A stretch of DNA of 36,445 nucleotides, taken from assembly GCA_016218805.1 (NCBI GenBank), contig JACRCW010000149.1, positions 1 to 36,445 on the forward strand, given 5' to 3'. The notes below the pieces were generated by a model. It was not told where the DNA came from. It did no database searches and saw nothing but the letters and a program-made list of their open reading frames with translations. The stretch is from Deltaproteobacteria bacterium. GTDB lineage: Bacteria > Myxococcota > JACRCW01. The position numbers were made by a program, and so were the translations under genes. Positions 27,898 through 36,445 of the stretch are shown here, piece by piece (position 1 is the first letter of the stretch; each line of letters begins with the position of its first letter).

Positions 27898-30294
27898 TCA
27901 CGGGGTCGCGGTGCTCAGCACCAGCGTGAAATCGGTACCGTTGCGGTAGCTGTCCACGACCAGCGTGTAGGCCGCGTTGGCCTCCAGCGTGGTCGTGAAC
28001 TGGCTGCCGTAGGAGGCGGAACCAAAGTCGTCATTGCAGGCGACCTCGGTGCCGCCGGTGCAGCCGCCCTTGATCAGGTAGACCAGGGTGTCGCCTTCCG
28101 TTTCAGTGGTCACGGTCAACGCGACTGCGGTGGCCGGCGCGGTGAATGAATAGAACACCTCGGGTGGCGTTGCGGACGTGGGAATGGAGCCGCACGTCTC
28201 GGTGGTGCGGGCCAGGTCATCCGTGGCACCCACGGAAGTGCCGGTGACGCGGAGGGCCGCAGCACCGGCAGCCGGAAGCGTCAACGCGGTGGCGTTGGCG
28301 CAGGTGTCGTTGGCCGGCGGCGGCATGGCAATGCTGACCAGGTATTCCAGGCCGGCGGCGGGCGGAGCCGTGGTGCCCTGCACCACCTTGACCAGGAAAT
28401 TCGCGCCGGAGGCCGCGGCGGCAAACGTCACCGTCTTGTCCGCGCCGGCGGCCGCGATCGTCGCGTTGGCGCTGCCGCTGGCACCCATGAGTTTGCCGTC
28501 CGTGACGGTGGCCAGGAAGGCGTCCACGGTGAGCGCGCTGCCGCCGCCCAGCGTGACCACCACGTCGCCCGTGGCGCCGCGGTTGTTGATCCACAGGTAG
28601 TCCGTGTCGCCGTCACACAGCCGCGCCGTCAGCGCGTCTGCCACGTCAATGGCGCCCAGCGGGCCGGAGCCGTTGACGTCCGTGTCGTTGGTCTGTGCGC
28701 CCGTGGCCTTGAACTCCAGGTCGTCCGGCGGGCAGGCCCAGATGACGTTGAAGTCATACGCCGTTCCGGCCGTGGTCTGGCCGGTTCCGGAGACCTTGAT
28801 GGCGTACTCGCCCGCGGCCGGGGCCGTGGCGGTCAGGATGCCGGCAGCCACCGTGACGCCGGTAGTGACCTCTGTGCCGGTGGGCGTGCCATCCGTGGCG
28901 CGCGTCACGCTCAACAACTTGGGGTCCACCGTTCCCGTGGCGCCGGCCCCAACAATGGCGTGCACCGTGAGGTTGCCGCCGGAGTGCGGGAAGCTGAAGA
29001 AGTCCTCGTCACCCAGGCACACGTTGAGCGCCTGGTCCGCGGGGGCGCCGGTGTCGTCCGTGAACGTGCCGTTCATGCGGTAGGCCGCGGCCAGGGAGTT
29101 GTTGCCCGGCGTGAAGCCGTCGGCCTTGAACTCGGCGCCGTCCGGGTCACAGGTGAACAGGATGTTGAACCCGTAGTCCACGCCGGTCTGCGGGACGCCG
29201 GTGGCGGAGATCTTCATGGCGTATTCGCCGGTGGGGAGCGCGGCCAGGGTCATCACGCCATTGGTCAGCGTGCCGGAAACGGGCGTGCCCGCAATGGGCG
29301 CGCCGCCCGTGGCGGGACGGGTGATGGACTGGACCGCCACCGCCATGGTCGCCGCGGTGCCCGTCGGGGGAATCGCGTGCAGGGTGACATCGCCGCCGGA
29401 GGTGAAGAACGTGAACCAGTCTTCATCTGTACCGCACAGGCCCAGCGTGACATCCGCGGGTGCGCCCGCGTCATCCCTCTGCGTGCCAATGGGGCCCAGC
29501 GCGTCCGCCAGCGAGTTGCCAACCGGCGGCGTGCGGTCATCCAGGACGTCAGGCAGGCAGATGCCGCCGGGGGTCAGGGTGAGCGTGAGGGTGTAGGCCG
29601 CCTGGTCGGGGCCAGGCGTGCTGCTGTAGGCCTCCACCACCACCCAGTACTGGCCGGGCTCCAACACGGCGATCCGCGCGGTCTCCGGGTCGCCCGTGCC
29701 GCCACTGTCCACGCAGCCCTGGGCGAACAGCGTTGCCGTTGGGCAGTCCGCGCCCTGGCGGATGTAGACGGACCCGTCAAAGGGAGCGTCCAGCACCAGC
29801 TGCACGCCGGAAGCCTGCGTGATGTTCAGGCTCCACACCTGCTCCAGCGAGTCCTGGCCGACGGTGTAGGAACCAAAGATCGTGTCAATGTCGCAGCCAA
29901 CCAGGCCGTCCACCTTGCCGGTGGTGTCACCGTTGTTGACGCCGGCCTGGAGGGTGGGTGCGCCCGTGCAGGCTTGTTCCGGGGTGCCGCTGGTGCTCCC
30001 GCTGGACCCACCGGAGGTGCCGCTGGACCCGCCGGAGGTGCCGCTGGACCCACCGGAGGTGCCGCTGGACCCGCCGGAGGTGCCACTGGACCCGCCGGAG
30101 GTGCCGCTGGACCCGCCGGAGGTGCCACTGGACCCGCCGGAGGTGCCGCTGGACCCGCCGGAGGTGCCGCTGGACCCGCCCGTGCTGGACGAGGAGGACC
30201 CGCCGCTGCTGCTGCCGTTGTCATCGTCATCGCCGCCACCGGTGCATCCCAGCGCCAGCGTGCCGAGCAGGAACGATATTGCGACTCGCTTCAT
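27898..30294 (-). CDS. Large surface lipoprotein with Gly/Ser linker and repeated PPC-like beta-sandwich modules
   Basis: Lipobox LALG-C. GGSSGTS repeats. Three modules with C..D...N...C..DED[WF]/DTDY. C-terminal NDTCANA...ACNDD domain. GGAG SD. Confidence 0.78.
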   Translation of the reverse strand: MKRVAISFLLGTLALGCTGGGDDDDNGSSSGGSSSSSTGGSSGTSGGSSGTSGGSSGTSGGSSGTSGGSSGTSGGSSGTSGGSSGTSGGSSGTSGGSSGSTSGTPEQACTGAPTLQAGVNNGDTTGKVDGLVGCDIDTIFGSYTVGQDSLEQVWSLNITQASGVQLVLDAPFDGSVYIRQGADCPTATLFAQGCVDSGGTGDPETARIAVLEPGQYWVVVEAYSSTPGPDQAAYTLTLTLTPGGICLPDVLDDRTPPVGNSLADALGPIGTQRDDAGAPADVTLGLCGTDEDWFTFFTSGGDVTLHAIPPTGTAATMAVAVQSITRPATGGAPIAGTPVSGTLTNGVMTLAALPTGEYAMKISATGVPQTGVDYGFNILFTCDPDGAEFKADGFTPGNNSLAAAYRMNGTFTDDTGAPADQALNVCLGDEDFFSFPHSGGNLTVHAIVGAGATGTVDPKLLSVTRATDGTPTGTEVTTGVTVAAGILTATAPAAGEYAIKVSGTGQTTAGTAYDFNVIWACPPDDLEFKATGAQTNDTDVNGSGPLGAIDVADALTARLCDGDTDYLWINNRGATGDVVVTLGGGSALTVDAFLATVTDGKLMGASGSANATIAAAGADKTVTFAAAASGANFLVKVVQGTTAPPAAGLEYLVSIAMPPPANDTCANATALTLPAAGAAALRVTGTSVGATDDLARTTETCGSIPTSATPPEVFYSFTAPATAVALTVTTETEGDTLVYLIKGGCTGGTEVACNDDFGSASYGSQFTTTLEANAAYTLVVDSYRNGTDFTLVLSTATP
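29999..30180. repeat. 21-bp coding tandem repeat (8 full copies + 14 bp)
   Basis: Unit CCRCTGGACCCRCCGGAGGTG, encoding GGSSGTS on the minus strand. Confidence 0.95.
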
Positions 30295-30414
30295 GACCAC
30301 TCCATGAGAAAGGACGTCCACGCCAATGTGGACGGCACACCCGGAAAAAATCCCCCGGCGTGTGGTCCAATGCGCAGGACTTGTCAATGCGTTCCGCCGT
30401 GCGACCGCCCGCCG

Positions 30415-31023
30415 TCAGGAAACCCCGCCCGCCAGCCGCTTGAGCGCCTCGCGGATGAGGACGTCCATGCCCGCCCCGGCGCGCGCCTGTTCGTCCAGCG
30501 CCTTCACCACCTTCTCCACCTGTGGCGCGCGGTAGCCCAGGTTCAGCAACGCGCTCTGCAGGTCCATCAGGATGCGCGTGGGCGTGGCGGGTGCGCCGGC
30601 CACCGGTGGCGCCATCCCCGGCCGCATCAGCTTGCCCTGCAACTCCACGCACAACCGCTCCGCCGTTTTGCGCCCCACGCCGGGAATCGCGGTGAGGCGC
30701 GCCAGGTCCTTGCTCTCCACCGCGCGCGCCAGTTCATCCGGTTCAATGCCGGACAGGATGGCCAGCGCCAGCTTGGGTCCCACCCCGTTGACGGACATCA
30801 GCGTCTGGAACGCCGCGCGCCCCTCATCCGCCAGGAAACCAAACAACTGCAGCGCGTCCTCCCGCACGTGCGTGTGGATGCGGAGGGTGACCTTCTCGCC
30901 CACGGCGCCCACGCGGCCCAGGTCCATCAGCGGCATTGCCACCTCGTAACCCACGCCGCCCACGTCCAGAAGAATGGTCCGCAGGTCCTTCTCCACCAGC
31001 GTTCCCACCAGGCGGCCGATCAT
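30415..31023 (-). CDS. ruvA: Holliday junction branch migration protein RuvA
   Basis: MIGRLVG, DVGGVGYEV, HVREDALQLFGF, VNGVGPKLALAIL, IPGVGRKTAERL, ALLNLGY. Confidence 0.97.
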   Translation of the reverse strand: MIGRLVGTLVEKDLRTILLDVGGVGYEVAMPLMDLGRVGAVGEKVTLRIHTHVREDALQLFGFLADEGRAAFQTLMSVNGVGPKLALAILSGIEPDELARAVESKDLARLTAIPGVGRKTAERLCVELQGKLMRPGMAPPVAGAPATPTRILMDLQSALLNLGYRAPQVEKVVKALDEQARAGAGMDVLIREALKRLAGGVS

Positions 31024-32102
31024 GCGGGCAGCACCCAGCCTTCCTCTTGCGCAATGCCCAGCACCTTGGCGTCATCCTCCGCCGTGGGCACCGGCCACGC
31101 GGTGTCCCCGCCGGAGGGCGTGGCGGCCGGCGCGGCCTCCGCGCCAATGGTGCGGTTGGCGGTCCACGGCGGCACGCGCAGCGGTTCGCCGTCATGCAGC
31201 GTGTTCAGGCGCGCCAGCGTGCGCTCCACCTCGTACAGCCAGCGCACCCGCGCGTCGTCGTTGAGGCGCGTGGGGTCCTCCGGCGGGGCGGCGCGCTCGC
31301 GCTCGTGCACGCGGCCCTTGAGCCCGGCGCGCCAGGCCAGCGCTGCCGTCTCAGAACGCTCCCAGCCAAACAGGTCCAACCCCAGCGCCACCCACCGGTT
31401 GATGTACCGCTGCAGCAACGGCACCCCCACCCGCCCCGCCTCCACCACGCGCGCCAGCCCCGCCGCACCAAACCGGCTCTGCACCTCGTGCCGGCGCGCC
31501 AGCACCTCCGCGGTGGCCGCCACCTGCGCAAAGCCGCCCACCGCCAGCGTCTCCAGCGCGAACCGCGCGCACAGGCTCACAAACGCTACAAAACAGTACA
31601 GGTCCACCCAGTGCCGCAGCGGCTGGTTGAACGCGTTGAGCACGCGCGTGCGGTTCTCCGCGCGGCGCTCCAGCAGGTGCGCGGCGGCAATGGCGCCCCG
31701 CTTGGGAAAGTGGCGGATGAGCAGCGCGCCCAGTGCGGCGGCATGGCCCAGGTTCTCCTCCACCACGTTGCGCAGCGCGGCGTGGTCTTCCTGCGTGGGC
31801 GCGCTCTCAAACAGCCCGCGGTGCATCTCCACGCTGCCCATGTGGCAGTCCGCCTGCGTGGCCACCATCTGCAGCAGCATGTCCCGCGCCTGCACGCCGG
31901 GGATGTCCCGCCACAGCTTCCACAGCGGTTGGCCCGCGCTGTCACCAAACAGGATCACCCGGTGCCGTGGCGCCCCTGCGTCCGGTGGCAGCGCCGCGGA
32001 CAGCACCGCCGGCAGCGGCACGCCAATGTCACGCGTCCAGGTCACAAATCCCTGGTGCCAGGCCTTCTGCGCGTCTGCGAGGTCCAAGAGCGGTGATCCC
32101 AT
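31020..32102 (-). CDS. BoxB/PaaA-like ferritin-fold protein with degenerate di-iron ligands
   Basis: BoxB-like scaffold: FGDSAG.PLW, TQAD..GSVE, AP, LLERR, VLNAFN, W, GLARV, LQRYINRW, DLFG. ExxH motifs are altered. Confidence 0.68.
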   Translation of the reverse strand: MGSPLLDLADAQKAWHQGFVTWTRDIGVPLPAVLSAALPPDAGAPRHRVILFGDSAGQPLWKLWRDIPGVQARDMLLQMVATQADCHMGSVEMHRGLFESAPTQEDHAALRNVVEENLGHAAALGALLIRHFPKRGAIAAAHLLERRAENRTRVLNAFNQPLRHWVDLYCFVAFVSLCARFALETLAVGGFAQVAATAEVLARRHEVQSRFGAAGLARVVEAGRVGVPLLQRYINRWVALGLDLFGWERSETAALAWRAGLKGRVHERERAAPPEDPTRLNDDARVRWLYEVERTLARLNTLHDGEPLRVPPWTANRTIGAEAAPAATPSGGDTAWPVPTAEDDAKVLGIAQEEGWVLPA

Positions 32103-32491
32103 GCACCCACCGGGGCGGCGCGCCCATGCGCCGGCCGGCCGCAAAGGTCGCAGCAGGGGGAGGGAGCGGGCAAGCGCCCGGTGACGGGGCCGCGAGCACA
32201 CGCTGGGCATGACGGGGTGACCGACGACCGGCACGCTGCCGGGCGCCCCGGGCGGACCGGACCCAGGCGGCCGCACCGCCGGCACCGGCCCATTGCTGGG
32301 GGCGAACGCATCCGCATGCGCCCAGCGACTCAGCCGGGTGCGCTGCCGGTGCGCCGCCGCCTGGGCCGCAACGCAACGCGGTCACCCGCAGGGACGCGGA
32401 TCCCCGGCGTGACCGCGTCGTGACAGACAGCAAGCACCATGGGTGCAGGCGATCCGGCGGAGACGCGCCGGTCCGCTCACGGTGGTGTCTG

Positions 32492-33499
32492 ATGTCCACG
32501 GCCCCAACTGCGTTCTTGCCGGATTTCCAGTTTGCCGCGGAGCACTCGTTCCGTGCGGCGTGGCAGGCCAAGGCTCCGCGAATCACGAACGGCTCGCTGA
32601 AGGTGGTGCCCTTCCTGCTGATGCACGTGGTGGCGCTGGTCGGTCCCCTTGGGGTGGGCGTGACCGCGGCCGATCTGATCTTGTGCCTTGGGATGTACTA
32701 CTTGCGCATGTTTGGGGTGACCGCCGGATACCACCGCTATTTCGCTCACCGTGCCTTCAAGACCAGCCGTGTGTTCCAGTTTGTCCTTGCGTTCCTGGCC
32801 CAGACGTCCGCGCAGAAGGGGGTGCTCTGGTGGGCGGGACATCACCGCAACCATCACAAATACGCGGACACCGACCGTGATCCGCACAGCCCCACGCGCC
32901 AAGGACTCTTCTGGGCGCACATCGGCTGGATCCTGGACTCGCGGAATGACGCCACGCCAAAAGGCCGCATCAGTGATTTCGAGGAATTCCCCGAGCTGCG
33001 CTGGCTTGACCACCACCATCTGGTCCCGCCGACCGTGCTTGCAGTGGTGCTGTTCGCCTTTGGCGGTCTGCCTGCGCTCGTGTGGGGCTTCTTTGTGTCC
33101 ACTTTGTTCCTGTTCCACGGCACGTTCGCCATCAACAGCCTGAGCCACATCTTTGGTTCGCGGCGCTATGCAACCAAGGACACCAGCAAGAACAGCGTGC
33201 TCCTGGCCCTGCTCACCATGGGCGAAGGCTGGCACAACAATCACCACCATTACTGTTCTTCGGCGAATCAGGGCTTTTTCTGGTGGGAGTTCGACCCGTG
33301 TCACCTCATCCTCCGCATGCTGTCCGTCACCGGGGTCGTGTGGGATCTGCGCAGGCCGCCGCAGCGTGTGCTGGATGAGGGCCGCAGGAAGACCGCACCG
33401 GTGACGGGTGCGATGGACCACCAACGCATTCCCGCGGAACAGTCGGCCCTCCCCGTTGGAGCACGATTCCGCCGGAGGGCCTGGCCCCACCCGTCCTAG
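32492..33499 (+). CDS. Acyl-CoA (delta-9-type) fatty acid desaturase
   Basis: His boxes GYHRYFAH, HRNHH, GEGWHNNHH. DPHSP, INSLSH and TM segments present. Start uncertain (32420/32492). Confidence 0.92.
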   Translation: MSTAPTAFLPDFQFAAEHSFRAAWQAKAPRITNGSLKVVPFLLMHVVALVGPLGVGVTAADLILCLGMYYLRMFGVTAGYHRYFAHRAFKTSRVFQFVLAFLAQTSAQKGVLWWAGHHRNHHKYADTDRDPHSPTRQGLFWAHIGWILDSRNDATPKGRISDFEEFPELRWLDHHHLVPPTVLAVVLFAFGGLPALVWGFFVSTLFLFHGTFAINSLSHIFGSRRYATKDTSKNSVLLALLTMGEGWHNNHHHYCSSANQGFFWWEFDPCHLILRMLSVTGVVWDLRRPPQRVLDEGRRKTAPVTGAMDHQRIPAEQSALPVGARFRRRAWPHPS

Positions 33500-34584
33500 T
33501 CAAAAAGCCCCATTTGTTCCGCCGTCACCTGCTGGATTGGCGCAAGGCGCTCGGCAAGGCACTCACGCGAAACGACGTAAACGTATTCCTTGTTCTTCAG
33601 GTGGCTGACCTTGCCGACCTTTTCGCCCTGCGGGTTGTAGATGCCAATCTGGGCGCCCACGTACCGCTTGAAGTCGTTCTCAATGGTTGTGACCTTGCCC
33701 TTGCCATCCCAAAGGGCTCCGAGCATCGCCTCCATCTCATCCCGTGCCAGGTACCCCTCATTGTTGAATGACACCACCATCACCGGCGCGCGCACCGCGT
33801 TGAGCACCGCGCGCATGGCCTCCGCAAACCGCGGCCTTGAGTTGAAGACGCTCTGCCGCTGCCGGACATCCACGCGCTTGCAGGCGATTCCGTAGACCTC
33901 CGGCTTGTCCCAGCGCACCAGTGATTCCCACACGTGATAGTTGCCCAGGTAGGAGTGCTGGTTGTACGGCGGGTCCAGGTAGGCGACGTCCGCTTCCAAA
34001 GTCGCGGCGGCTTCGAGCGCTTCGAGGCAGGTTGCCTGGCCTTTGCCGTGCCTGGCGCGGGGGAGCACGTTGGGAACGCGGAGCTCCAGGTCATTGGAGG
34101 CCCGCGGTGCCCATGCCTTCAAGTACGCCATCTGGAGGCCCGTGGTGGAATCCACGCGGTCCGCGGCTTCCATCAGCGACACCAGCATGACCGCCTCAAG
34201 CTCAGGCGCCAGTCCTTTGGCGGCAATGGCGTCTCGGATCGCATCGATCCGCTCGCCGTTCTTCGGCTGGAAGAAACGGGACTTCACGCAAAACGTGTCC
34301 GTGAAATAGCCGGGTGTCCCCTTGAGCTCGTTGAACTCGCGCACGAGTCTGGCCGCGTCATTTCCGACATCCTCGGCATCGGCCTGCACGTAGCACCGGG
34401 CAAGCGTGGCCGCGTACGCGTTGTGGTCGTTGGATAGCACGCGATACCCGGAGGCCTTCAGGGCGTGGCCAACGCGAGCGGTACCCGAAAACAGGTCAAT
34501 CACTGAATGCGCGTCTGACGCGCGTCGCACGGCATCCAGGATGACCGGGATCAGGGTGCGCTTGGAGCCGATGTACTTGATCAT
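33496..34584 (-). CDS. DNA adenine methyltransferase (D12 class N6-MTase)
   Basis: MIKYIGSK, DLFSGT (motif I), YLDPPYN (motif IV), VSFNNEG, NKEY. Motif I precedes motif IV. Confidence 0.92.
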   Translation of the reverse strand: MIKYIGSKRTLIPVILDAVRRASDAHSVIDLFSGTARVGHALKASGYRVLSNDHNAYAATLARCYVQADAEDVGNDAARLVREFNELKGTPGYFTDTFCVKSRFFQPKNGERIDAIRDAIAAKGLAPELEAVMLVSLMEAADRVDSTTGLQMAYLKAWAPRASNDLELRVPNVLPRARHGKGQATCLEALEAAATLEADVAYLDPPYNQHSYLGNYHVWESLVRWDKPEVYGIACKRVDVRQRQSVFNSRPRFAEAMRAVLNAVRAPVMVVSFNNEGYLARDEMEAMLGALWDGKGKVTTIENDFKRYVGAQIGIYNPQGEKVGKVSHLKNKEYVYVVSRECLAERLAPIQQVTAEQMGLFD

Positions 34585-34798
34585 CGCGTGCCTCGCGGGC
34601 GCGGGGTGCCGCGCCACGCATGCTCCATCGAATACCACGCGAAGTTGGACAATCGGTCCACCTGGACATGGAAGGAGACGTGGTACGCAACCGGCATCTT
34701 CGAGGACCAGCGCGTCATCGAACCTGGTTGTGAGTGGGCAAGGAAACCGCGCCGCGGAAGCCCCCCTTCCGACGAGCTGGCTGCACTGCCGCTGGCCT

Positions 34799-35424
34799 TC
34801 ATGCCTGCGCACGCTTGAGAACGCGCACCACGTTGGCTGGCTGCGTCGACGGCAACAAGGGTTTCACAAGCAGGCCGAGCTTCCGGATCGTGTACTCGAC
34901 AAACTCGTCGCTGAGAACGTGCTGTGCGCCGAACGTGGTTGTTGTTGCGGCGGAGCTGCCGTGCTTTCCCGTCGCCGGTGCTGCAAGGATCTTGGCTGCG
35001 CGCCGTTCTTGCCTTTGTCCCTTATCCATTCGGCCATCTCCCTGATGTTGCTGTGGGCGTTGGCAGGATGGAATAGCCCGTTGCGCAGTGGGACGAAGAA
35101 TTTCGCGAGCCAGCCCTGGTTCCGGGAGTCCACGCCTCCCAAGAAGGATGCCAGCCCTTTGGTGAAGTCGGCAGCGCATTTGCCAGCATCACAGACAAGT
35201 TCGATCAGAAGACAGCAGCCAGCGAGAGCCCAGAGAAAGTCACCACGGTCAATGGCGTCACCGACCAGGTGGGCCAGAACAGAAACGGACAACACCGGAC
35301 GAGGCGCCTCCCCGGTGTTGGCGTTGAGCGCCTGACGCACCCGCGCTTGAACATGTCCATCCAGCGCGGCAAGGGCGTCTTGCTTGGAAAGGAAGCTCTC
35401 CTTGAACGCCTCCTTGGAACTCAT
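34799..35424 (-). pseudogene. HEPN-motif protein, probably frameshifted near 34995-35010
   Basis: ALAGCCLLIE helix and LRNGLFH (R-x4-H). The annotated tail reads off-frame, while an adjacent frame continues AKILAA...VLSDEFVEYTIRKLGLLVKP to TGA at 34799. Unshifted ORF is 34864-35424. Confidence 0.5.
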
Positions 35425-36152
35425 GATGACGTCTGCCCTGCCTCCTTGAGGGTTACAATGACATCGTCGTCGCGCAGGAATCGGTCTGGCATCTCAAAGG
35501 CCTGCGCTGCAATCGCGGGGGACACGTAGACAAACTGGTCGAAGCGCAACGTGGCCTGGCCCCACCTCCCGCCCTCCTCTTGCTCCGGTACGAATCGCCA
35601 AGTCTCTCCACGCGCAATTCCCGCGGTGGCGACCCATGTCCAAATGGCGCCGTACCTAAGTGGGTGCCACCACCCATCGACGGGCACAAGAACCAGGTGG
35701 CAGTGAGCGAGTTCGCCCGATCTTGAGGCGGCACCTTGTGGCGGGACCACCGCCCCCGTGGGCATCCATTGCGGTTGTTGCGTGGGGATTTCGTCGGCGG
35801 GACCAAACCAGAATCCGCAAACCTGATGATCGAGTACCTTGGACCATCCAGCGGCTTTCACCGCTGCTAGCACAGGCTTCGGAACGTCGTCGTCCATAGC
35901 CAGCACGTCCATGATGCCCATTTCCCTTGACGCGGCCAAGAAGCCAGCAAACGTCGTGAATGACGGCCGGGTTGAAGCCAACGTGAACACGGCTACCTCG
36001 CCGGTCCTGCGTCTTGCGCTTGGAGGCCGTTCCGCCAAGACCACGAGTTTCACGCCGCGGCCACTCGCTTTGGAATGCGCCCACGTCCACGCACGCGCGG
36101 CGGCTTTGGACAGCGGGGAGTCATCAGACGGGACTGCGTAGGGGGTGATCAT
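35421..36152 (-). CDS. Hypothetical protein (243 aa), translationally coupled to the HEPN-motif gene
   Basis: ATGA overlap at 35421-35424. TAGCAT -10-like hexamer 6 nt upstream of the ATG. No recognisable family. Confidence 0.6.
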   Translation of the reverse strand: MITPYAVPSDDSPLSKAAARAWTWAHSKASGRGVKLVVLAERPPSARRRTGEVAVFTLASTRPSFTTFAGFLAASREMGIMDVLAMDDDVPKPVLAAVKAAGWSKVLDHQVCGFWFGPADEIPTQQPQWMPTGAVVPPQGAASRSGELAHCHLVLVPVDGWWHPLRYGAIWTWVATAGIARGETWRFVPEQEEGGRWGQATLRFDQFVYVSPAIAAQAFEMPDRFLRDDDVIVTLKEAGQTSS

Positions 36153-36445
36153 GCCTGCATGCTACCTGTCTGACTGGGTTGGAGCGACCGCCGCCACGGC
36201 ACGACTTGCCGCGCGCTGACCCGAGCGGCGGTGAGGTAGCTGAGCCGCCAGTTCGCTTGGAGGACGGCTTTCAGCGCCGCGATGCCGGACGCCCGCAGGT
36301 TGGGTTGTTGTTTCCCGGGAAGATCCGCGCATACGGCACCGCGGACATCCGCGGTGGCGTACGGATTGCTTGCGCTCACTCAGGCGCGTGGTGGCTATAG
36401 CAACGGGAGTTGTTCCGGCGGTGAGGGCGGCAGGGTAACTTCGGC

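Noticed and set aside
29999..30180. CRISPR array
   Set aside because: Contiguous in-frame 21-bp tandem units with no spacers and no cas genes.
28960..32184. 1074-aa plus-strand ORF and similar long antisense ORFs across the window
   Set aside because: Shadow frames of real minus-strand genes, typical of high-GC DNA. No motifs.
34925..35012. attC-like element ending in GTTCGGC on the minus strand
   Set aside because: No convincing complementary arm. Better explained as the shifted coding tail of the HEPN gene.
34799..36158. 10-bp direct repeat TCATGCCTGC (34799-34808, 36149-36158) flanking the two-gene unit
   Set aside because: Short, partly dictated by start/stop codons and plausible by chance. 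It would need an empty site in a relative to count as a target duplication.
36165..36260. Degenerate attC upstream of the 243-aa gene (GCGAAC...GTCAGAC)
   Set aside because: Poor pairing, R' lacks GTT and no integrase is in the window. An attC covariance-model scan would be needed.
36149..36379. 76-aa ORF coupled to the 243-aa gene
   Set aside because: No motifs, and it overlaps the probable promoter of the downstream gene. Not supportable.

Overview
High-GC bacterial DNA, most likely Myxococcota (inferred from a Dif-type cheW-cheY-cheA-cheC cluster, a Ser/Thr kinase-like gene, a class III cyclase and a long Gly/Ser-repeat lipoprotein). The core block carries an outer-membrane barrel, adenylate cyclase, YgfK-like Fe-S protein, divergent ku/ligD, GH114 hydrolase, the che cluster, mnmG, serA, M20 peptidases, ruvA and a fatty-acid desaturase. 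Three accessory segments stand out. (1) Left end: the 3' part of an RHS toxin gene and a candidate immunity gene, followed by a ~127-bp imperfect palindrome made of two inverted dif-like (XerC/XerD) sites. It could fold into a hairpin recombination site like the CTXphi attP. This is the best candidate for an undescribed system. (2) A 1.94-kb integrase-less ABC-ATPase + DUF4276/TOPRIM cassette between exact 50-bp direct repeats that duplicate the 3' end of a host gene. (3) Right end: a DNA adenine methyltransferase, a probably frameshifted HEPN-motif gene and an unknown partner gene. Three intact ORFs have lost their catalytic residues (kinase, M20 peptidase, BoxB-like). All family calls come from motif recognition by eye; no database search was run.
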